Positions 20,466 through 28,712 of a DNA stretch of 64,000 nucleotides are shown in pieces (positions within the stretch are counted from its first letter, which is position 1; the number at the start of each line of letters is the position of its first letter). This DNA comes from an uncultured Planctomycetia bacterium. Lineage in GTDB: Bacteria > Omnitrophota > Gorgyraeia > Tantalellales > Tantalellaceae. Location: the NCBI GenBank assembly GCA_964527765.1, contig CAZGQR010000008.1:14264-78263 (forward strand). The letters run 5' to 3'. Made by a program: the position numbers and the translations under genes. The notes below the pieces were generated by a model. The model saw only the letters and a program-made list of their open reading frames with translations, ran no database searches and was not told where the DNA came from.

Positions 20466-20738
20466 TCAGGTTTTATATCCGATAAATCCGGTCTTTTTCA
20501 TGTCTTTGATAAAAGCACTATAGTCCCCGGCGGCTTTATCGAGAGTGACATCATAGGCCTCTGTCATCTTTTCGACAATGCCGGGGGCCGCATTACCGCC
20601 GTCGCACAGGTCCCAGACGAACATGCCTGTCTCATTTATGCACAGCATATGCCCGTCCGAGGGATTGAAAAGAAGCGCTTCTTTCTGTTCTTTCCGCGCT
20701 ACAATATCAGGATTTCTCACGGGATATTTCTTTTTCAT
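20466..20738 (-). CDS. PqqD-family peptide chaperone (stand-alone RiPP recognition element)
   Basis: It reads MKKKYPVRNPDIVARKEQKEALLFNPSDGHMLCINETGMFVWDLCDGGN...IVEKMTEAYDV...FIKDMKKTGFI. It has a PqqD-like length and motif order. The start was chosen at MKKKY; the track ORF starts at 20810. Confidence 0.7.
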   Translation of the reverse strand: MKKKYPVRNPDIVARKEQKEALLFNPSDGHMLCINETGMFVWDLCDGGNAAPGIVEKMTEAYDVTLDKAAGDYSAFIKDMKKTGFIGYKT

Positions 20739-22452
20739 GGCCGGTCCTCTCTTTTTCAAGTTCGAACACCTTATCAGTGAACCACTCCGCGGTATCTCTA
20801 TGGGTAACAAAAAGAACGGTCATCTCCGGGAAACACGTCCTTATGCCTCTTAGGATATCGTCCTCCATCCCGGGGTCCAGAAAGGAGGTCGCCTCGTCCA
20901 TTATGAGTATCTTTGGTCTTCTCACCAGCGCTCTTGCGATCGCGACACGCTGCTTCTGCCCTCCCGAGAGAGACGACCCCAGCTCCCCTATGTCTGTATT
21001 ATAGCCGATGGACATCTCATCGGCAAGTTCGTCAAGCTTTGCCAGGCGCATGATATCCCGGACAAAACCTTCGGGCTTCTTTTCCCCCAAAAGCACATTT
21101 CTGATAATAGTATCATTGAATATGTACGGTTCCTGATGAACACAGGAGATATGCCTGGAAAAAGAGCTCATATTCATATCACGTATATCTATTCCCCCGA
21201 TCGAGATCCCCCCGCTCCAGGGTTTAAAAAGCCTGAGCAACAGGCCCAGAAGCGTCGTTTTACCCGCGCCGGAAGGCCCGGTTATCAGAGTCCATTTTCC
21301 GGCCGGCGCCACCAGATCCAATCCCCGGAAAAGAGCTTTGTCCCTGCTGTAGCCGAATGTAATATCGCTGGCCTCTATGTCCCCGCTGAACAAGGATACA
21401 TCCGGTACCCGTAAAGCTGGCCGGATCCCCTGGGGCTGCGTGATATCCCTGATGAAAACGGCATTTCTCTCTATTGACCGCCTTTCTTCGCTCAGGTTCT
21501 GGGCTATAGCTCCCAGGTTGTAAAACTCCGACAATATCATGGCGGAATACATGCTTACCGCGCTGAAAGAGCCGAGACTCAGTTTTCCGGTTATGATAAA
21601 ATATCCCCCTAAAAGCCAAAAAACCGCGGTACTCGCCTTCGAGAGGATATCGAATGCGATCCGTTCGTTCTGCCTGAAGACAGAAGACTTTCGCTCCATC
21701 CGGACCTTCCGCCGGAAAAGCTTCATTATCCTGTCCACTGCCCAGTCTTCCTTGAAAAAGCTCTTCACCAGTTTGATGTTTATAAGAAGATCATTGAACA
21801 GCGCGCCGTACCTGCTCGAAAAAAAGATATAACCGCTCTTTAGCCGCTGACGGCCCCGTGCCGCCCAGACCGTATGGATCGCCACCAGCGGCAGCGATAA
21901 AAGCACGAGCAGGCTCAGCTGCCAGGAAAGCAGGAACGAGAGGATAAAAAATACGGGTATCTTGACAAAGGAAAAGAAAGCCGGCAGTTCATAGAACACC
22001 AGGTTTTCGATGACTCCGCAGTCGTAATTCGCGAAAAAAGCGTTCTCCGCGGAACTCAGCTTTTTTATTTTCAGGTAATCGAGCCCGAAAAGCCTCCTCG
22101 CAAGATCATAGTTAACTTCAATGGAAAACTCTGTCCTGGCGCCGAGCATCAACCTCTCCGCCGCTATCTGCAATGCCTTCATCAACAGGAACACCAGAAG
22201 CCCGAGCACGGTGAACTTCACAAAAGCGCTAAGATCCCCGGCCATTATACCCTTATCCAGCGTGATCTTGGTTATGTAGATGATCAGAAGCCCGAGCGGA
22301 AAACTCAAAAGCTTCAGGATAAAGGCACGGGTCAATGAATTTCGGAACTTTCTCAGGATACCGAAAGCATAGACCAGAATGGTCCTGATATCCCCGAGAA
22401 CGGAAGTACCTCTCCCCAGCAGCGGATCCAGACTAAGTTTCAGGTCAAACAT
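20707..22452 (-). CDS. ABC exporter, fused permease/ATPase (type I exporter; no N-terminal C39 peptidase domain)
   Basis: It has six N-terminal TM segments, then Walker A GPSGAGKTTL, the signature LSGGQKQR and Walker B ILIMDEATS. Confidence 0.85.
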   Translation of the reverse strand: MFDLKLSLDPLLGRGTSVLGDIRTILVYAFGILRKFRNSLTRAFILKLLSFPLGLLIIYITKITLDKGIMAGDLSAFVKFTVLGLLVFLLMKALQIAAERLMLGARTEFSIEVNYDLARRLFGLDYLKIKKLSSAENAFFANYDCGVIENLVFYELPAFFSFVKIPVFFILSFLLSWQLSLLVLLSLPLVAIHTVWAARGRQRLKSGYIFFSSRYGALFNDLLINIKLVKSFFKEDWAVDRIMKLFRRKVRMERKSSVFRQNERIAFDILSKASTAVFWLLGGYFIITGKLSLGSFSAVSMYSAMILSEFYNLGAIAQNLSEERRSIERNAVFIRDITQPQGIRPALRVPDVSLFSGDIEASDITFGYSRDKALFRGLDLVAPAGKWTLITGPSGAGKTTLLGLLLRLFKPWSGGISIGGIDIRDMNMSSFSRHISCVHQEPYIFNDTIIRNVLLGEKKPEGFVRDIMRLAKLDELADEMSIGYNTDIGELGSSLSGGQKQRVAIARALVRRPKILIMDEATSFLDPGMEDDILRGIRTCFPEMTVLFVTHRDTAEWFTDKVFELEKERTGHEKEISREKS

Positions 22453-23246
22453 GAAAAAACGCTTTCGTGTTTTTTAAAATCCAGCATTCGAAACCCGACA
22501 CGTTCAACGATGTCGTTCATTATATCAAAAACATTCCTCAAGTATTCTCCCCTGTCCACAGCTCCCACGTTTTCGCGGAAAAAAGAGGCCGATTCGGGCA
22601 GGGCCCTGCGCAGGGCCTCGATCCCGGAAACGGAGCTTACCCCGTTCTTATCGGACTTGTTGAGCAGAAAAACGCCGCCTATCTCCCATTCCTCGGGATG
22701 GCCCCACAGAGGTAGAAAACACGGAAAACGCGCCGCGAAAAACCTCTCGCCGGACCTTTTTACCACGCAGAAATCATCATGTATCACATGCAGGCCTTTT
22801 TTCCCGGCCAGGGAACATATCGTGCTTTTTCCGCCCCCGCTCGGAGCGATGAAAAGATGGGCTTTACCGTTCATCACCACGGAAGCCGAATGTATAAAAA
22901 CTATATCCAGGACGCTTTGAAGATCCATGACCGAAAGATTAAGAAGCCTGTCCACCAAAAAATCGACAGATAGTCCCCTTTCGAAAAAACAGAATATTCT
23001 CCTTCTTTCGGCGTCATAAAGCTGCGCGACCCTTTTCCCGTGAACCGTTTTAATGTCGGCTCTCAGGGAACTTTTTTGTATCCTGACCGATATATCCGTC
23101 CTCCCGCACCTGTACAGGAATATATCAAGATCCGCTTGTTCCGCCTCGGACGGACCGGCTGGCTTGAATATCACCGGCCTTTCCTGAAAATTAAGAAAAT
23201 TCAGCCGTATGTTCGTTCCCAGAGCTTTATAACAGATCTTTTCCAT
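22440..23246 (-). CDS. HPr kinase/phosphorylase C-terminal-domain-like P-loop kinase (HprK-related)
   Basis: It contains FIHSASVVMNGKAHLFIAPSGGGKSTICSLA (P-loop) and HDDFCVV. It is 268 aa and has no HprK N-terminal domain. This type tailors peptides in RiPP clusters. Confidence 0.65.
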   Translation of the reverse strand: MEKICYKALGTNIRLNFLNFQERPVIFKPAGPSEAEQADLDIFLYRCGRTDISVRIQKSSLRADIKTVHGKRVAQLYDAERRRIFCFFERGLSVDFLVDRLLNLSVMDLQSVLDIVFIHSASVVMNGKAHLFIAPSGGGKSTICSLAGKKGLHVIHDDFCVVKRSGERFFAARFPCFLPLWGHPEEWEIGGVFLLNKSDKNGVSSVSGIEALRRALPESASFFRENVGAVDRGEYLRNVFDIMNDIVERVGFRMLDFKKHESVFSCLT

Positions 23247-24369
23247 ATCCCGCTCTCAGGGCTTCAGGCACGAGCCTGGTCGAAGGGAAAAAACCGTTAT
23301 CATAGGCTTCCTGACAGAACCAGTATGGAGCGAAAAGGTTCCCGGTGTTATGGTAGACCTCGGCTCTGCAGCTCCCCAGACATCTGTTCCTGAAAACACA
23401 GATACCGCAAACGCCCTCCAGGTTGAACGGTATTTCCTTCTTTATCCTGTTAAGAAGGGCGTTCTCGCGCCATATATGCCCCAATTTGGAAGGGTCTTTC
23501 CTGACCGTTCCGAAAACCAGTTTTTCATCAATATGGCCTATTCCGCATATAGATACGCTCCCGTCGGGCAGGATGCCGAGTATGTTCTTGATATTGCACA
23601 CCCCGCAGATCCCCGTGCGCACTTCCTCGACGCTCTTAAAAGCCACCGGTATGTCCAGATACAACAATCCACGGTATGATCTCCTGATGCCTTCAAGCTT
23701 CTCGGCGAATTCCAGGAGCTCTCTGACGGAAGGCACTTCCCCTCTTTCATGCAGTTCGGCTCCCCTGCCCAGGGGTGATATCGTATTCAATTTGATATTG
23801 TTCACCCCCAGTTCCCACATCGACTCTATAAACCCGATAATATCGGCAAAATTCTCCCTGTACATGCTTATTATCACCTGCGGGAACACGCCTTCCGCGA
23901 CCAGCGCCCTGATCCCTGCCAATGCCCTTTTGAACGCCCCCTTCCTTCCTCTGAAATGGTCGTTCATTTCCTCCAGGTGGCTGTCAAGGCTTACGGATAT
24001 ATAAAACGCCTTGTATTTTTTTATGGCGGAGGCCATCTTGCCGTCAATGAGGGTACCGTTCGTTTCTATGCCCACTTTTATATCCTCATCATGGCAAAAC
24101 CGTAATAGTTCTCCGATATCTTTCCGCAGCAACGGTTCGCCTCCGGTAAACTTCACATCCTTAAGCCCCAGTTCTTTCGCCGCTTTAATAATGGCGACTA
24201 TCTCCCCTGTCGATAGCTCCTCGTCATCATCCAGGCTTTCTTTCAAGGGAGGGGATATCCAACAATGCCTGCACCTCAGGTTACAATACCTGGTGGGATT
24301 TATATATAAACTTGTGAGATCTTTCCCGGGTATCCCGCTATCCGTGTTCCTCTTGTCACATAACCCCAT
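23227..24369 (-). CDS. Radical SAM/SPASM-domain enzyme 1
   Basis: It has a CNLRCRHC (CxxxCxxC) site near the N-terminus. The C-terminus has Cys clusters CGVCNIKN...SICGIG and CGICVFRNRCLGSCRAEVY (SPASM). The start was chosen at MGLCDK (24369), directly after the upstream stop. The track ORF is extended 5-prime. Confidence 0.8.
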   Translation of the reverse strand: MGLCDKRNTDSGIPGKDLTSLYINPTRYCNLRCRHCWISPPLKESLDDDEELSTGEIVAIIKAAKELGLKDVKFTGGEPLLRKDIGELLRFCHDEDIKVGIETNGTLIDGKMASAIKKYKAFYISVSLDSHLEEMNDHFRGRKGAFKRALAGIRALVAEGVFPQVIISMYRENFADIIGFIESMWELGVNNIKLNTISPLGRGAELHERGEVPSVRELLEFAEKLEGIRRSYRGLLYLDIPVAFKSVEEVRTGICGVCNIKNILGILPDGSVSICGIGHIDEKLVFGTVRKDPSKLGHIWRENALLNRIKKEIPFNLEGVCGICVFRNRCLGSCRAEVYHNTGNLFAPYWFCQEAYDNGFFPSTRLVPEALRAGYGKDLL

Positions 24370-24374
24370 ATAGC

Positions 24375-25472
24375 TTACCTCTGTTTTGACAAAACAATAT
24401 CCTCTTGCACCCTGAAGCCGTACAGATCCGAGAAAACAAGACAGGTCGACATGTTGATACCTCTCAAGTTCTCTCCGGCCGAATAATAAGCCGCCGCCCG
24501 GCATCCTCCGTTGCAATACGTGAGATAATCGCACCTGCTGCATTCTTTCCCGTATTTGACGAGAGGCTCATCCGCAAGCGACCTTATCTCGTTAAGGACT
24601 CCGGAATTCTCCCAGATATCCCTGAGCGACTGCTTCCTTGTGTCGCCGCAGACCAGCGTCCAGAACGCCGAACACGGGACCACCTTTCCGTCGGAACGTA
24701 TGGCCAGCATGGTATGTCCCGCGGGACAGGTAGAAAACGTCCCCCTGGCCCCCTTATCGCGGCCTTTCGCATAAAAGTCGCAAAGCATGTTTGTTTTCTG
24801 GCCGAGCGTCCCGCCCAGGCTGAAACCGGGATATTTCTCTTTCAACCGGAACATGGTCTCCATTATCCGGCGGTGCATCCCGCCCTCAAAGGTCAGTTCA
24901 TTGGCATAAACGGAAGCTCTGCCGCATGTCACGGCATCGCCGAAATCCATGCCCGAAAGGCCGAGGTCCATGGCCAGACGGACCATGTTCTCGATATCGT
25001 CCAGATTGTGTCTGTTGACTATGGCCTTGATGGAAACCGGAAGCTTTTCTTTTATGAGAAGTCTGACGCCGTTCAACGCTTTCTCGAATGAACCTTCCCC
25101 CCGCTGCCAGTCGTGGGCGGAAGCGCTGGAACCGTCGATGCTCACCTGCGTCCCGGCCAGGAACCTCATGCCTCTCATCCACTCCACGGCTTCCTCTCCG
25201 ATAAGGGTACCGTTGGTAAGGATGGTGACCCTCATCGGATAATTGTTAAGTATGCCCAGAAGTTCACGGATCCTCGGATAAATGAACGGCTCTCCGCCGA
25301 AGAGGTTCAGGCTAAAAACCTTCTCTGCCTTAAGCTGGTCCAGCACCTTTATTAATTCATCAAAGGAAAGCTGGTCTTTAAGATGCCAGGTGTCGGAAGT
25401 ATTGCAGTGCTTGCACCTCAGATTGCACCTGCCGGTAATGGCCAGGTCCACTATGGTGGGAAAAGGTCTCAT
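24375..25472 (-). CDS. Radical SAM/SPASM-domain enzyme 2
   Basis: It contains ITGRCNLRCKHC at residues 13-23. The C-terminus has CPAGHT...VVPCSAF...CGDT...CSRCDYLTYCNGGCRAAAY (twitch/SPASM). It has no N-terminal RRE. Confidence 0.85.
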   Translation of the reverse strand: MRPFPTIVDLAITGRCNLRCKHCNTSDTWHLKDQLSFDELIKVLDQLKAEKVFSLNLFGGEPFIYPRIRELLGILNNYPMRVTILTNGTLIGEEAVEWMRGMRFLAGTQVSIDGSSASAHDWQRGEGSFEKALNGVRLLIKEKLPVSIKAIVNRHNLDDIENMVRLAMDLGLSGMDFGDAVTCGRASVYANELTFEGGMHRRIMETMFRLKEKYPGFSLGGTLGQKTNMLCDFYAKGRDKGARGTFSTCPAGHTMLAIRSDGKVVPCSAFWTLVCGDTRKQSLRDIWENSGVLNEIRSLADEPLVKYGKECSRCDYLTYCNGGCRAAAYYSAGENLRGINMSTCLVFSDLYGFRVQEDIVLSKQR

Positions 25473-25491
25473 TTCAGGTTTTTCAATGTGT

Positions 25492-26269
25492 TTAATATTT
25501 TTCTCCGAATACCGACGCGCAGTGCTTAAATATTATCAGGCCCTCGGAATTAAAAAGCCATATTATCCTGTAAAAATCCTCTTTGGACAACGCGGTTGCC
25601 AATTTCTTGTTCACATCCCGCCGGACGGCTTTCAGGTCTCTTGTGCCGTCAAAAAATTTTACAAGATCCATAAGGGCTTTATCATCAAGACCGGGATTCG
25701 CAAAATCACGGCGAGAGGTAACCAGGCCGCATTTGCTCGTAACGTCCTTTACGAAATGAAGTTCCCTTTTTTCCCTGGAATAAAAAAGCGTCTTCAACCT
25801 GGTAAGAGGATTTGAAACGAACTTCATATCCTCCTTAAGCATTTCCATGATATACTCGTCAAGGCCTTTTTTCCTTTCCTTTTCGGGCTTCCGGCCCCTG
25901 GGCAGGTAGGCAAAGGATATTTGCCAGCCGTCCCTGCAGTAAAATTTTCTGCACGCCCCCGGCCTGTCCGGATAGATCGAGCATCTGTTGTCCTTGCCCA
26001 GGTACACGCAGGACCTGTCAGGTCTCCTCTCAAGCCACCACTCCCTGTTAACGCAGCTGGAGTCCTTGTTTTCGCATTCCTTCCTGGTCAGCCTGCATAC
26101 CTCCCTGGCCTTGTATTTTCCGGACCGGAACTCCTTCTCGCTGAGATTTACGTCATACGTCCTGCAGCAGATCGCCTCGCACAGGTCGCGGACCTCATCG
26201 CAGTTCCCGTTGCCGAAGAAAAGCCTTTTGTTTTTCGCGTCCAGTTTTAATTTTTGAGATCTCTTCATG
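25492..26269 (-). CDS. YkgJ-family (UPF0153, CxxCxxCC-type) putative Fe-S/Zn-binding protein with a C-terminal PqqD-like tail
   Basis: It contains CDEVRDLCEAICC and CVYLGKDNRCSIYPDRPGACRKFYC, matching the YkgJ pattern. The C-terminal ~100 aa (LMDLVKFFDGTRDLKAVRRDV...YRIIWLFNSEGLI) resemble a PqqD/RRE fold. The start is MKRSQK, with a GGGGGC Shine-Dalgarno sequence. The track ORF is over-extended. Confidence 0.6.
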
Positions 26270-26308
26270 ACGCCCCCGGGTGCTTGTGTAAGATGTGTGA
26301 CTCTTTGC

Positions 26309-26336
26309 TGAAACGTTATTATAACAGATTTTCCCT
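26309..26336 (-). promoter_or_regulatory. Predicted strong sigma70 promoter heading the rSAM/precursor operon
   Basis: On the minus strand the -35 is TTGATG and the spacer is 16 nt. An extended -10 TGTTATAAT follows. It lies in the 72-nt gap between the aminotransferase stop and the YkgJ start. Confidence 0.5.
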
Positions 26337-26341
26337 TATCA

Positions 26342-27403
26342 TCAAAGGTATGCCTTGACCGCGTCGATGACCCTTTCCTGTTCTTGCGCGCTGAGGGAAG
26401 GGTAGATAGGTATGGACAAACAGCCGGAATAGGCCTCGTCCGTGCTCCGGAAACCGGACCTGAGCTCCAGGTACCGGTGCAGCGGTTTATACACGGGCCT
26501 TTTGCAGATAATGCCCTTTTCACCCATCCGTGAGATCGCCGCCGATATATCCTTTTTTGTCCTTACTACGTACCGGTAATAAACATGGTCGAATTCGCCC
26601 TTCGGCAACACCAGGTCCAGGTCCTTGAAAGCTTTATCATAACGCACGGCTATTTCTTTTCTCCGTCGGATAAATCCGGGGAGTTTTTCAAGCTGCGCCA
26701 CTCCCATGGCGGCCTGCACGTCCGTCATCTTGTAATTGAAGCGGACCCTGTAGTCCTCTTTCTCGTCATAATCGCGGAGGTCCCGCGCGAGGCGAAGGAT
26801 CTCCTCGTCATCGGAAAGAAGCGCCCCGCCTTCGCCGCAGGCCAGCATCTTATTGGCGTAAAAGGAAAGGATGCCGAAACGCCCGATACTTCCCGCCCGC
26901 CTGTCCCCGTACATCGCCCCGATAGACTGGGCGCAATCCTCAACAACGGGAACACCCGCCTCCTTGATCCTCCCGATGTCAGCGGGATTTCCGAACATGT
27001 GCGGCACGATAACGGCACCGGCGGCATCCGTTATATTATCTTTAACGCTCTCCGGGGAAATATTAAAACTTTCCGGTTCTATATCGCAGAGGCGGGGCCC
27101 GGCACCTGTCTGATATACGGCATTCAACGGCGCGCTGCACACATAGGACGGAAGCAGCACATCATCACCCGGACCCACTCCCAGGGCCGCAAGGCCCAGA
27201 TGCAGGGCTGATGTGCCTGAACTGGTCACGACCGCCGCCCTGACGCCCGCGAACCGGGCCAGGCGCTCCTCAAGCTCCCTTACCCTGTCCCCCTGGGTAA
27301 TATGTCCTGACTTTATTACTTCCGAAACTGCCTTTAACTCTTCATCTCCCAGAGTAGGCCTCGAATGCGGAATGATCTTTTCGGCCATATATGATCCTTT
27401 CAT
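26342..27403 (-). CDS. DegT/DnrJ/EryC1/StrS-family PLP-dependent sugar aminotransferase
   Basis: It contains a TSSGTSALHL...ED.AQS...G region and the catalytic-Lys region SFYANKML. Confidence 0.85.
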   Translation of the reverse strand: MKGSYMAEKIIPHSRPTLGDEELKAVSEVIKSGHITQGDRVRELEERLARFAGVRAAVVTSSGTSALHLGLAALGVGPGDDVLLPSYVCSAPLNAVYQTGAGPRLCDIEPESFNISPESVKDNITDAAGAVIVPHMFGNPADIGRIKEAGVPVVEDCAQSIGAMYGDRRAGSIGRFGILSFYANKMLACGEGGALLSDDEEILRLARDLRDYDEKEDYRVRFNYKMTDVQAAMGVAQLEKLPGFIRRRKEIAVRYDKAFKDLDLVLPKGEFDHVYYRYVVRTKKDISAAISRMGEKGIICKRPVYKPLHRYLELRSGFRSTDEAYSGCLSIPIYPSLSAQEQERVIDAVKAYL

Positions 27404-27408
27404 TCTTG

Positions 27409-28029
27409 CTACTCGATATCCAGCAGATACCTTAGCGCCCGGAATCCCTCGGCATATTTGACCTTGGCCTGGAATCCGCGAAAATTGGCAACCGCAATAA
27501 CACTCTCGACCATATCCAGACTGGTAGGGTATTCCCTTTCCACCTGCGACCTGTGAAGCTTTAGAAGTTTGCCCTTTTCATGCAGTTCTTCCCCGATATC
27601 CACGAAGATATCCGGCTCGAAGTTCCTGGACGTGTAATCCTCGTAAAAGATGACCTTCTTGTGATATCGCGCGGCGACGATGGTGCTTTCGGTAAGATAC
27701 CTGTGATCCTGGTGAGTGTCGTCGGGGTAATTGACGAAGATCAGGTCAGGATCGCATTCCTTTATGGCTTCTTCTATCTTCTCTATAAGTTCTTTACTGG
27801 CCGTGAGGCGCGTATCCATGAACCCGCCCCAGTAGACCTTTTTCACCCCCAGAAATTCAGCGGCTTTTTCCTGCTCCTTTATCCTGACCTCCGCTCCCCC
27901 GCTGAAATCACCATGGGTCGCTATGAAAAAACGTATATCCGCCTTTCGCCGTTTTTTCAGCTTCAAAAGCGTCCCCCCGCATCCGTACTCTATGTCATCC
28001 GGGTGCGCGCCTATCGCTAATATATTCAT
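27409..28029 (-). CDS. PIG-L/LmbE-family N-acetyl-sugar deacetylase
   Basis: It contains LAIGAHPDDIEYGCGGT and HQDH, which are zinc-dependent LmbE-like motifs. Confidence 0.8.
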   Translation of the reverse strand: MNILAIGAHPDDIEYGCGGTLLKLKKRRKADIRFFIATHGDFSGGAEVRIKEQEKAAEFLGVKKVYWGGFMDTRLTASKELIEKIEEAIKECDPDLIFVNYPDDTHQDHRYLTESTIVAARYHKKVIFYEDYTSRNFEPDIFVDIGEELHEKGKLLKLHRSQVEREYPTSLDMVESVIAVANFRGFQAKVKYAEGFRALRYLLDIE

Positions 28030-28712
28030 TGCTTTCTCCCTTCTCTTATAATGTCAAGACTTTTCCCGCCGCAGCAGAACAGTAGGTCCACGACCGACAT
28101 GTGCGGATAGAATCCGTTGAATATCTGGCTGTAACCGGGGTGCGAATAAGCCTGGAATTCAAGCGCGATCCCGCTTTTCCGGAACCGTTCTTTATCAAGG
28201 TAGTCGTCCCCGCCCGCTCCGGACACATACGTATCGGCTTTCAATTTTTCACAAATATCGACCAGTCTCTCCGTCTTGCCCGTTCCAACCCCTAAAGAAG
28301 AACTCCTGATGAGCTCCGCGCCTATTCCCAGCGTCTCTTTCAAATAACGGATGAAATGAATGTTAACATCCGCCAGGAACTCCCATTCCCTGTTAAAAGT
28401 ATCACTGAAAAACGGAAGATATTCCTTGAAATAAGGCGCGCGCGAGTAATTGAGCTCCAGCCCCTTGAGATGCTTGTTTCGCCAGGGCTGACGGCCATCT
28501 ATCCTGACGTCCTTGAGCAGCTGGCCGAACTCATACAGGACCGGCACCGTGAGCCACTGCCATCCTTCGGCATTGCGGATCTTGTTCCGGTTCTGCCACT
28601 CGTTCTTCTTGTACTGCACGTCATCCAGCAGGACAAAAACATCCGCCCGGTCCATTTTATCAAAATATCCCAGCCAGGGCAAATATTGCGGTTGATGAAT
28701 GGCTACTTTCAT
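28026..28712 (-). CDS. WbqC-like family protein
   Basis: It contains MKVAIHQPQYLPWLGYFDKM...DDVQY, the characteristic N-terminus of the WbqC-like family found in O-antigen loci. Confidence 0.65.
   Translation of the reverse strand: MKVAIHQPQYLPWLGYFDKMDRADVFVLLDDVQYKKNEWQNRNKIRNAEGWQWLTVPVLYEFGQLLKDVRIDGRQPWRNKHLKGLELNYSRAPYFKEYLPFFSDTFNREWEFLADVNIHFIRYLKETLGIGAELIRSSSLGVGTGKTERLVDICEKLKADTYVSGAGGDDYLDKERFRKSGIALEFQAYSHPGYSQIFNGFYPHMSVVDLLFCCGGKSLDIIREGRKQ

Noticed and set aside
23227-24543. N-terminal 58-aa extension of rSAM enzyme 1 (track start 24543)
   Set aside because: The extension would overlap the upstream rSAM gene by 170 nt. The ATG at 24369 sits directly after that gene's stop and just before the CxxxCxxC motif.
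17122-26336. Lasso-peptide cluster interpretation (because of HprK-like kinase + PqqD + NTP_transf_5)
   Set aside because: No asparagine-synthetase-like lasso cyclase or transglutaminase-like B2 protease is present. The peptide is 99 aa and Cys/Gly-rich. Two SPASM radical-SAM enzymes are present instead.
25492-26523. 343-aa version of the YkgJ-family ORF
   Set aside because: The upstream 85 codons run through the promoter region and the aminotransferase 3-prime end. MKRSQK at 26269 has a Shine-Dalgarno sequence and is immediately downstream of the predicted promoter.
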